Shown here: positions 37,533 through 45,677 of the stretch, piece after piece
Layout of the letters: each line of letters opens with the position of its first letter
How positions within the stretch are numbered: position 1 is the stretch's first letter
Assembly: GCA_963664705.1 (NCBI GenBank)
Contig: OY761556.1
Coordinates: 5,152,001 to 5,216,000, forward strand
DNA from: Acidobacteriota bacterium
Lineage (GTDB): Bacteria; Acidobacteriota; UBA6911
Reading direction: 5' to 3'
DNA length: 64,000 nt
Translations under genes and position numbers: made by a program
The notes under the pieces: model-generated
The model's database searches: none
What the model saw: the letters and a program-made list of their open reading frames with translations, nothing else
What the model was told of the DNA's origin: nothing

Positions 37533-37730
37533 AGCCCCGGAGGGGCGATCAGAAAATAGCCGGGGGTGAAGCGAAGCGAACCCCCGGTAGAAATGGGCGC
37601 GAGAAAGAGCCCTGAAGGGGCGAAAGATTGGGCATTCTGCCGCCCCTTCAGGGCTTATTACTGGTCTTATCCAATCCGGGGGTTCGCTTCGCTTCACCCC
37701 CGGCTACTCTCTTTCGGCCCTCCGGGCCTG
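37533..37730. repeat. About 200-bp nested palindromic REP/REPIN-like element
   Basis: TAGCCGGGGGTGAAGCGAAGCGAACCCCCGG and its reverse complement, plus AGCCC.GaAGGGGCG inner and outer arms. Confidence 0.85.
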
Positions 37731-37826
37731 TTGCTTCACTCGCGTCGAAGGGCTAAGAACAAATCGTGTGCAGCATTAGCCGGGACCGCGGCGCCTCCCG
37801 GCAGGGCACTCCAGTCGAAAGGCAAT

Positions 37827-38549
37827 ATGTCTGTATTGTATGGAATCAATCCGGTTGCGGAAGCGCTTCGGGCAAATCCCGAAAAAATTGAGCGCATCTG
37901 CGTTGAACGGGGCCAGAAAAATCCAAGGGTCCAGGAAATTGTCGACCTGGCCCGGCAAAATCACGTCCGGATTGCCTTCGAAGATAAATCCTGGCTGGAC
38001 CGCAAGGCGCAAGGTTTGCGGCACCAGGGAGTCCTCTGCTACGCGGCAGAAATGGCGACGCTCGCCCCCGAGGATATTCTCGACCAGGCCAAATCGCCCG
38101 GCCTCCTCGTGGTATTGGACGGGATTGAAGACCCGCACAATCTCGGCGCTATTCTGCGTTCCGCGGAAGGAGCCGGGGCGGATGGTGTTTTTCTGCCGCT
38201 GCACCGCAGCGCCAATTTGAGCGGCACGGTTGTGAAATCGAGCGCCGGAGCCGCTTCCCACGTGAAGCTGGCGCGAATTCCCAATCTCGCGCAGCTGCTC
38301 GACCTCATCAAGAAAAAGGGGTTCTGGGTGGCGGGGCTGGCCGCCGAGGCCAGTCAGCCCATTTGGGAGGTAGACCTTACCGTTCCGATTGCGCTGGTGA
38401 TGGGAAATGAAGGAGCCGGACTGCATCGTCTGGTAAAGCAAAAGTGCGATTTTCTCGTATCTTTGCCGATACGTGGGAATGTGGGCTCATACAATGTGAG
38501 CGTTGCCGCGGGAATCGCTCTTTACGAGGTCCTTCGACAGCGCAAGTAA
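37827..38549 (+). CDS. rlmB: 23S rRNA (G2251) 2'-O-methyltransferase
   Basis: YGINPV, HQG, DPHNLGAILRSA, GNEG and SYNVSVA; the true start lies downstream of the REP element. Confidence 0.92.
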   Translation: MSVLYGINPVAEALRANPEKIERICVERGQKNPRVQEIVDLARQNHVRIAFEDKSWLDRKAQGLRHQGVLCYAAEMATLAPEDILDQAKSPGLLVVLDGIEDPHNLGAILRSAEGAGADGVFLPLHRSANLSGTVVKSSAGAASHVKLARIPNLAQLLDLIKKKGFWVAGLAAEASQPIWEVDLTVPIALVMGNEGAGLHRLVKQKCDFLVSLPIRGNVGSYNVSVAAGIALYEVLRQRK

Positions 38550-38669
38550 TGCATTGAGGATTTCGGTTTGACGGTTTGCAGCATCATGTCGCCCGTTCAG
38601 TCGAGCCCCGGATATTGGAGCGTATGATCCTGATCGTCAACCTGCAATCATCACCCGTCAATCCAGTTT

Positions 38670-39599
38670 ATGCCAGTTGTTGAAATCGAAAATCTGACCA
38701 AAGAGTTTTCCGTCGGCTTCTGGAAAAAACGCCCGATCCGTGCGCTGGATAATCTCTGTCTGAACGTGCAACAGGGAGAGATATTCGGTTTTCTTGGCCC
38801 CAACGGTGCCGGGAAGAGCACAACCATCAAGATACTCATGAATCTTCTGCACGCGACCTCGGGGAAAGCCAGAATATTGGGCGAACCTTCTGACCGTGTG
38901 CCCATGCATCAAAAGATCGGATATCTGCCGGAAAACCCCTATTTTTACGACTATCTCACCCCGGCAGAGCTTTTGAACTATATGGGCCGGCTGTTTGGAA
39001 TCCGGCACGCCGATTTATCGCGCAAAGTGGATACACTTCTTGAAAGCGTCGGCCTGCAGGATTCGCGCCATATTCAGCTGAGGAAGTTTTCCAAAGGCAT
39101 GGTGCAGCGGATTGGGATTGCCCAGGCAATTATTAATGACCCCGAAATCGTCTTCCTCGACGAGCCGATGTCCGGCCTCGATCCTCTCGGCCGCATGGAC
39201 GTGCGCAGGATCATCACAACGCTAAAGTCCCGCGGCGTGACCGTCTTCTTCAGCTCTCACGTGCTGCCGGATGTGGAAGCGCTGTGCGACCGCGTGGCCA
39301 TTTTGAATAAGGGAAGACTCCAGGAAACCGGCACGCTGGATGAGATCCTGAATCGGGGGATCGAGGGGTATGAAATTATCCTGTCCGGATTGAAGGAAGA
39401 TAGGCTGGAGGCGATCCGCAATCTTTGCGATGAGATCATGCCGATGGAAGATCGCCTGCGCATCCGCGTCGCCGGCAGGGAGCGCATGGAAACGCTGATT
39501 GACTTCGCATTCCGGCATCACCTTGGACTCGTTTCCGTCAACCCGATTCGACGATCCCTGGAAGAACACTTTCAGTCCGTTGTGGTCCGTAAGCAGTAG
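38670..39599 (+). CDS. ABC transporter ATP-binding protein (PilH-like)
   Basis: GPNGAGKST, FSKGM and LDEP. Confidence 0.9.
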   Translation: MPVVEIENLTKEFSVGFWKKRPIRALDNLCLNVQQGEIFGFLGPNGAGKSTTIKILMNLLHATSGKARILGEPSDRVPMHQKIGYLPENPYFYDYLTPAELLNYMGRLFGIRHADLSRKVDTLLESVGLQDSRHIQLRKFSKGMVQRIGIAQAIINDPEIVFLDEPMSGLDPLGRMDVRRIITTLKSRGVTVFFSSHVLPDVEALCDRVAILNKGRLQETGTLDEILNRGIEGYEIILSGLKEDRLEAIRNLCDEIMPMEDRLRIRVAGRERMETLIDFAFRHHLGLVSVNPIRRSLEEHFQSVVVRKQ

Positions 39600-39628
39600 G
39601 GGCATTCATTACAGGTGAAGAGAGAAGC

Positions 39629-40426
39629 ATGTTGCATAGAATTGTAGCCATCGCCAGCAATACATTTCGGGAGACAGTGCGCGACAAGATTCTATATAAC
39701 CTGATTCTGTTTGCCCTGATTATGATTCTGAGCTCGATCCTCCTCGGCCAGCTTACCCTGGGAAACGAAGAAAAGATCATCCTGGATTTAGGGCTCTCGT
39801 CCATCTCGATTTTCGGGATGCTCATCGCCATATTCATCGGCATCGGGCTGGTCCATAAGGAACTTGAAAAACGGACTGTGTACGCCCTGCTGGCAAAACC
39901 GGTGCACCGGTACGAGCTTATTCTGGGCAAATATCTCGGACTTCTGTTCACGTTGCTGGTCAATGTATCGGTGATGACAGCCGGACTGGAACTGGCGCTC
40001 CTCTACACCGGCAAGATCGGACTGGGCGGATACCTGCGCGTGTTGCCCGCTGTTTTTCTTATCTTTCTATCGCTGGCTCTAACAACCGCACTGGCACTTC
40101 TGTTTTCGACTTTCTCAACGCCGGCTCTTTCCGCCCTGTTTACGTTTTTCCTCTGGATCATCGGCCATTTCGGGAAAGACTTGCAGCAATTTGGCTCACT
40201 GGCAAAATCGACCCTGGCCAGCTGGCTTTGCAGGGTTCTATCTTACGTGCTCCCCAACCTTCAGAATTTCTCTCTCATTGACAGCCGAGGCATCCTCGGG
40301 AGCGCCGGAAGCACGATAGCTATCAATGCGCCGGCCATTGCGGGTTCCACCGCATATGCCATTCTGTATTGCGCGGCCGTCCTGTCGCTGTCCGTCGTTG
40401 TTTTCATGCGCCGGGATTTCAAATGA
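39629..40426 (+). CDS. ABC transporter permease (PilI-like)
   Basis: NTFRETVRDK, ELEKRTVY.LLAKP, GKYLG and RRDFK. Confidence 0.85.
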   Translation: MLHRIVAIASNTFRETVRDKILYNLILFALIMILSSILLGQLTLGNEEKIILDLGLSSISIFGMLIAIFIGIGLVHKELEKRTVYALLAKPVHRYELILGKYLGLLFTLLVNVSVMTAGLELALLYTGKIGLGGYLRVLPAVFLIFLSLALTTALALLFSTFSTPALSALFTFFLWIIGHFGKDLQQFGSLAKSTLASWLCRVLSYVLPNLQNFSLIDSRGILGSAGSTIAINAPAIAGSTAYAILYCAAVLSLSVVVFMRRDFK

Positions 40427-41364
40427 ACCGGGTAGAGGCTGGGAACTCAAAAAGCGGATGGATATTCCTCGGAATATTCCTGGTCTGCGCCGCTTTGATC
40501 AAGCCGGCACAGGATCTACTGGAAGCCCGACGGGGTGACCCGGGCCCGGACGCCGATCTGCTTTACTTCAGCTCCCCATCGATGGTGAAACGGATGGCAT
40601 TGAGCTATGGCCCCCTGCTCGCGGATTTTTACTGGCTGCGCACCATCCAATATTACGGTCGTCGCGAAGAAGCGGATAGAAGGCTGGTGCGCTATAAAAA
40701 TCTGCCGGCCCTGCTCGATATCACGACGACGCTGGACCCGGATTTGATCGATGCCTACCGGTCCGGAAGTGTTTTCCTCGGCGAGGAAGAGCCGCTCGGA
40801 GCCGGCAAGCCGCTGGAGTCATTGAAGCTGCTCGATAAAGGGATCCGCATGCATCCGCAGGACTGGCGCCTGCGCTATGACAAAGGCTTTGTATACTACT
40901 GGTATTTGAAGGATTACCGGAATGCGGGCGATACATGGCGGGAAGCCGGTCGTCTGCAGAATGCCCCGCACTGGCTGGAACCGCTCGCTGCCATGGCGCT
41001 TTCAAAAGGAGGAGCCGTGGATGTTGCGGCGGCTCTTTGGCAGATACAATACCAGAATTCGACAAGAGCCGATGTTCGCGAGAACGCCAGGAACCATCTG
41101 TTCAGCCTCGAGGCAATGCGGGATATCTGGACGTTTGAGTTCCTGCTGGAAAAATATCGGGCCGAGCATGGATCCTATCCACGGACGCTGGGCGAACTGG
41201 TGCGGGGAAAAGCAAAGCCCTATCGACTGCTGGACCCAACGGGCACGCCGTATGAATACAATCCTGCAACCGGCACAGTTTCATTGAGCTCAAACACCAC
41301 GATGAAATACCTCGAAGTTCCCAATTCCTATAAAGAGCAGTTTCTGGCGAGGATTCAAGAGTAG
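40423..41364 (+). CDS. Membrane-anchored TPR protein (PilG/XapA-like)
   Basis: N-terminal TM, ADFYWLR.IQY, TTLDP, TPR and C-terminal YP.TL.EL..DP.G.PY; ATGA overlap. Confidence 0.7.
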   Translation: MNRVEAGNSKSGWIFLGIFLVCAALIKPAQDLLEARRGDPGPDADLLYFSSPSMVKRMALSYGPLLADFYWLRTIQYYGRREEADRRLVRYKNLPALLDITTTLDPDLIDAYRSGSVFLGEEEPLGAGKPLESLKLLDKGIRMHPQDWRLRYDKGFVYYWYLKDYRNAGDTWREAGRLQNAPHWLEPLAAMALSKGGAVDVAAALWQIQYQNSTRADVRENARNHLFSLEAMRDIWTFEFLLEKYRAEHGSYPRTLGELVRGKAKPYRLLDPTGTPYEYNPATGTVSLSSNTTMKYLEVPNSYKEQFLARIQE

Positions 41365-41386
41365 CACCGGAAGCAACAGCTCTCCT

Positions 41387-43129
41387 CCGGCTTGACCGAT
41401 CAATGGCGTTGGTTAGTTTTTGGATTTGAACCGCGAAGACCTCGAAGACCGCAAAGCAAGATTTTTGGGCTTATTTTGCTGCCGGTGGCAGATGGAGTCC
41501 AGCGTATGCTCCCGCGAGAATGATACGCGCAAAGCCTACAAATATATTTTCTTCGCGGTCTTCGCGGTCTTTGCGGTCTTTGCGGTCTTTGCGGTCTTCG
41601 CGGTTATCGAAAGCTCTTTCATCGTGTCTGCACGATCCAGCGGTATCCATTCCTGCAACTTGGCCGGCTTGACCGATCAATGGCATTGGTTAGTTTTTGG
41701 ATTTGAATCGCGAAGACCGCAAAGCAAGATTTTTGGGCTTATTTTGCTGCCAGTGGCAGATGGAGTCCAGCGTATGCTCCCGCGAGAATGATACGCGCAA
41801 AGCCTACAAACATATTTTCTTCGCGGTCTTTGCGGTCTTCGCGGTTATCGAAAGCTCTTTCATCGTGTCTGCACGATCCAGCGGTATCCATTCCTGCAAC
41901 TTGGCCGGCTTGACCGATCAATGGCGTTGGTTAGTTTTTGGATTTGAACCGCGAAGACCTCGAAGACCGCAAAGCAAGATTTTTGGGCTCATTGTGCTGC
42001 CGGTGGCAGATGGGGTCCAGCGTATGCTCCGGCGAGAATGATACGCGCAAAGCCTACAAATATATTTTCTTCGCGGTCTTTGCGGTCTTTGCGGTTATCG
42101 GAAGCTCTTTCATCGTGTCTGCACGATCCAGCGGTATCCATTCCTGCAACTTGGCCGGCTTGACCGATCAATGGCGTTGGTTAGTTTTTGGATTTGAATC
42201 GCGAAGACCTCGAAGACCGCAAAGCAAGATTTTTGGGCTCATTGTGCTGCCGGTGGCAGATGGAGTCCAGCGTATGCTCCCGCGAGAATGATACGCGCAA
42301 AGCCTACAAATATATTTTCTTCGCGGTCTTTGCGGTCTTCGCGGTTATCGAAAGCTCTTTCATCGTGTCTGCACGATCCAGCGGTATCCATTCCTGCAAC
42401 TTGGCCGGCTTGACCGATCAATGGCGTTGGTTAGTTTTTGGATTTGAATCGCGAAGACCTCGAAGACCGCAAAGCAAGATTTTTGGGCTTATTTTGCTGC
42501 CAGTGGCAGATGGAGTCCAGCGTATGCTCCCGCGAGAATGATACGCGCAAAGCCTACAAACATATTTTCTTCGCGGTCTTTGCGGTCTTCGCGGTTATCG
42601 AAAGCTCTTTCATCGTGTCTGCACGATCCAGCGGTATCCATTCCTGCAACTTGGCCGGCTTGACCGATCAATGGCGTTGGTTAGTTTTTGGATTTGAATC
42701 GCGAAGACCTCGAAGACCGCAAAGCAAGATTTTTGGGCTTATTTTGCTGCCGGTGGCAGATGGAGTCCAGCGTATGCTCCCGCGAGAATGATACGCGCAA
42801 AGCCTACAAATATATTTTCTTCGCGGTCTTTGCGGTCTTCGCGGTTATCGAAAGCTCTTTCATCGTGTCTACTCGATCCAGCGGTATCCATTCCTGCAAC
42901 TTGGCCGGCTTGACCGATCAATGGCGTTGGTTAGTTTTTGGATTTGAATCGCGAAGACCTCGAAGACCGCAACGTAAGTTTTTTGGGCTCATTTTGCTGC
43001 CGGTGGCAGATGGAGTCCAGCGTATGCTCCGGCGAGAATGATACGCGCAAAGCCTACAAACATATTTTCTTCGCGGTCTTTGCGGTCTTCGCGGTTATCG
43101 GAAGCTCTTTCATCGTGTCTGCACGATCC
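41387..43129. repeat. Tandem array of about 6.9 copies of a 250-bp unit containing 9-bp-periodic inverted arms
   Basis: Units start at 41387, 41664, 41905, 42155, 42405, 42655 and 42905; lengths 277, 241, 250 (x4) and a last partial unit. Confidence 0.97.
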
Positions 43130-43159
43130 CACTGAAACTGGGCATAGCCCCACTGGAAT

Positions 43160-45331
43160 TTAGCCGGCAAGTGTGACGCGGTCTCTCCCTGCGGCTTTGC
43201 TTCGATACAGCGCCTTATCCGCGGCATCAATCAATGCGCTGGCGGTCCGGCCATGATCCGGAAACACGGCGACTCCCATGGAGGCCGTGATCTTCCCCAA
43301 TGGATTTCCGCGGAAATGGACATCGAGTCTCTGGATGGACTCCTTGAAGAATTCCGCTCGCTGCCGGGTTACAGCTCCGGTGCCCTCAGGCAGGATTAGC
43401 GTGAACTCCTCGCCACCATACCGGCAGGCAATATCCTCGCCGCGTATATTGCTCCGCAAAAGCGTTCCAAGTTCCTTCAGCAGCAGATCACCGGCTTCGT
43501 GCCCGAAGGTATCGTTGAAATACTTGAAATGGTCAAGATCGATCATGATCATACCCAGCGGGCGCTGGTTGCGCGTGGCGCGGCGGATCTCGAGTTCCAG
43601 CGACTCCTCCATAAACCTGCGGTTGAAGAGACCGGTCAGCGGATCGCGGATGGACTGGCTTCTCAGCGTTTCATGCAATCTTAAATTCGACAAAGCCATG
43701 GCAATGTGCTCGGACATCGTGACGGCAAGCCTCTGCTTGCTTTCCGTCATCTTGACGTTGTCGGGCTGCATGAGGTGCAGCACACCAAGGGCCTCGCTTT
43801 GAGCCATCATGGGAATGCACATATAGCCGTCGGCGGGAGGCTTATGAATATGCCGACAGACCATGCCGGCGTGAAAATTTTCGACCCAGTGCGTCCGGCC
43901 CCTGCGCAACGCCCAGCATTCCTGCGGTGTAAACGAACGTTCCACCAGCGCCGAATCGCCCCAGATCGCGGCGGCTTCGACTGAATTGCGCGAAGAAGCT
44001 ATCACGTACAGCGCTCCCACTTTCACCGGGAAAATCTGCTGCGCCACACGAACGATTACGTGGTAAGCCTCTTCGGTTGTCATGCAGGCACGAAGAATGT
44101 CTCCCATTTCATTCAGGAGAGTCATTTCGCGCGTGCGCTGCTCGAGCTCACCGACCCAGGCTTCCAGCTTCTGGTTGGCTTCCTGAAGTGCGGCCTCGGT
44201 CTTCTTGCGCTTGGTAATATCCCGCGCGATCCCTTGAACGGCAACGGCTTTTCCACCGCGGAAGATCGGGCGCGTACTGATTCCCAAGGTGATGCGGCTG
44301 CCATCTTTGGCTATGAACTCCAGCTCGTAGTTGAGCGGGACTTCTCCCCCGATCTGAGGGTCCATCATCTTCTGGCCGAGATGCAGATACTCCGGCGCCA
44401 TGGTATCGGTTATGCGCATCTGCAGCGCTTCTGCTCTCGTATACCCGGTGATTCTCTCCACGGCGCGGTTTATCGATAAAACCCTTCCCTCGAAATCGTG
44501 CGTGAAGATGATGTCGCTGGCGTTCTCAAACAGCTCACGATACTGTCCGTCGCTATCCACCGCTCTCGGGGCGGCGTTCTGCATAACCTGCGGCTCGGCT
44601 TCCCGGTGCTTACGGAATACATGCTCGAGCCGCGGCTCACTCCTGGCCAACGCCTCCAAGTGAAGGCGCACGTAAGGGTGATCTTCAGCGGAAATTTCGG
44701 GGTGCGCTTCCACCCAGAGGTGCGAAGCCTTGATGGTGGCAAGAAATGCCGTCAGATAGCTGTATTGATCCGATCCCAGGAGCTCCCGGAGCTCGGCGGC
44801 ACAACGTTCAAATCCATTATGCCCCAGGAAGACCACCGTGCAGCAGGTGATCAAATTGGCTTCAAATGCTTCGTCGTCAGGCCAGGTTCCCAGCGGGTGC
44901 GGAATCTTTGCCAGCAACTCCCGCGCATTCTCCACACGATGGTTGGAAAATGCGGGGACTTCCAGTAATTGCCTTATTGCCGCAGCCGGAATTCCCATCT
45001 GGTGCATTGTGCAGGCGTGCGTGATGATGAAATAGGGAGAGGCGCAATACCGGGACAGCCGGATAGCCAGCTTTTCCTTGAACAGCGGCGGCAACGGATT
45101 GTCATGGTACGCGGAGACCTGCTGCCGCCAGAGAGCCTCCAACAATGCGGGCGATCCCAATGCGGGAAAGAAAAACGGCGGAAGAACACCCAACCGCTCC
45201 GTTATCTCGCGTTTGAGCTTCTCCACTGTTTGTTCCTGGCCAGGGACCAGATCAGACTCGAGACGCTTCAGGTTCTCAAGCTTCTCCCAAAGCGATTCGA
45301 GTTCTTTGCCTGTTTGATCCACCCATTCCAT
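43160..45331 (-). CDS. Diguanylate cyclase (AhpD/CMD-like, PAS, GAF, GGDEF)
   Basis: RDPLTGLFNRR, DLDHFK..ND..GH..GD, RGED I-site and RYGGEEF. Confidence 0.92.
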   Translation of the reverse strand: MEWVDQTGKELESLWEKLENLKRLESDLVPGQEQTVEKLKREITERLGVLPPFFFPALGSPALLEALWRQQVSAYHDNPLPPLFKEKLAIRLSRYCASPYFIITHACTMHQMGIPAAAIRQLLEVPAFSNHRVENARELLAKIPHPLGTWPDDEAFEANLITCCTVVFLGHNGFERCAAELRELLGSDQYSYLTAFLATIKASHLWVEAHPEISAEDHPYVRLHLEALARSEPRLEHVFRKHREAEPQVMQNAAPRAVDSDGQYRELFENASDIIFTHDFEGRVLSINRAVERITGYTRAEALQMRITDTMAPEYLHLGQKMMDPQIGGEVPLNYELEFIAKDGSRITLGISTRPIFRGGKAVAVQGIARDITKRKKTEAALQEANQKLEAWVGELEQRTREMTLLNEMGDILRACMTTEEAYHVIVRVAQQIFPVKVGALYVIASSRNSVEAAAIWGDSALVERSFTPQECWALRRGRTHWVENFHAGMVCRHIHKPPADGYMCIPMMAQSEALGVLHLMQPDNVKMTESKQRLAVTMSEHIAMALSNLRLHETLRSQSIRDPLTGLFNRRFMEESLELEIRRATRNQRPLGMIMIDLDHFKYFNDTFGHEAGDLLLKELGTLLRSNIRGEDIACRYGGEEFTLILPEGTGAVTRQRAEFFKESIQRLDVHFRGNPLGKITASMGVAVFPDHGRTASALIDAADKALYRSKAAGRDRVTLAG

Positions 45332-45677
45332 ATTCGACTGGTTCCGTCGCAATAAGATTGCTGCTGAATGCGCACACTAAGGTCCTGCATGGCAGCACAA
45401 CGCGAGTAAGGGGTGCGGGGCAAGGGGAACGCGAAGTAGCCGAAATCTCATTCTGACCAAAATCCAAGAAAACGCAAGGAGAAAAAGCATCGCCTGCAGC
45501 CTAAATTCAGGATGAAAAAGCAGCCCACAATGTACCGGAATGGAATGGTTCAATAGCACCAACTATTTTGATACATTTGCCCTAATGTTTATACATTGAG
45601 TGATTCATCCGGGGACCGTATCACGTCATTGGAATTTGCAAAAAGGGTTCTGATCTGGGGGGTGTGAGAAGGGCGGA

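Noticed and set aside
37566-37826. N-terminal extension of RlmB and ORF 37398..37697
   Set aside because: Both are translations of the palindromic repeat (same MKRSEPP start on both strands)
41387-43129. CRISPR array
   Set aside because: Whole units are near-identical with no unique spacers, the unit is far too long, and there are no cas genes in the window
41420-43135. Repeated ORFs MDLNRED... and MIGQAGQ... in the ORF track
   Set aside because: Products of the tandem repeat: non-ATG starts, no SD, mutual overlap, and FAVFAV merely reflects the 9-bp periodicity
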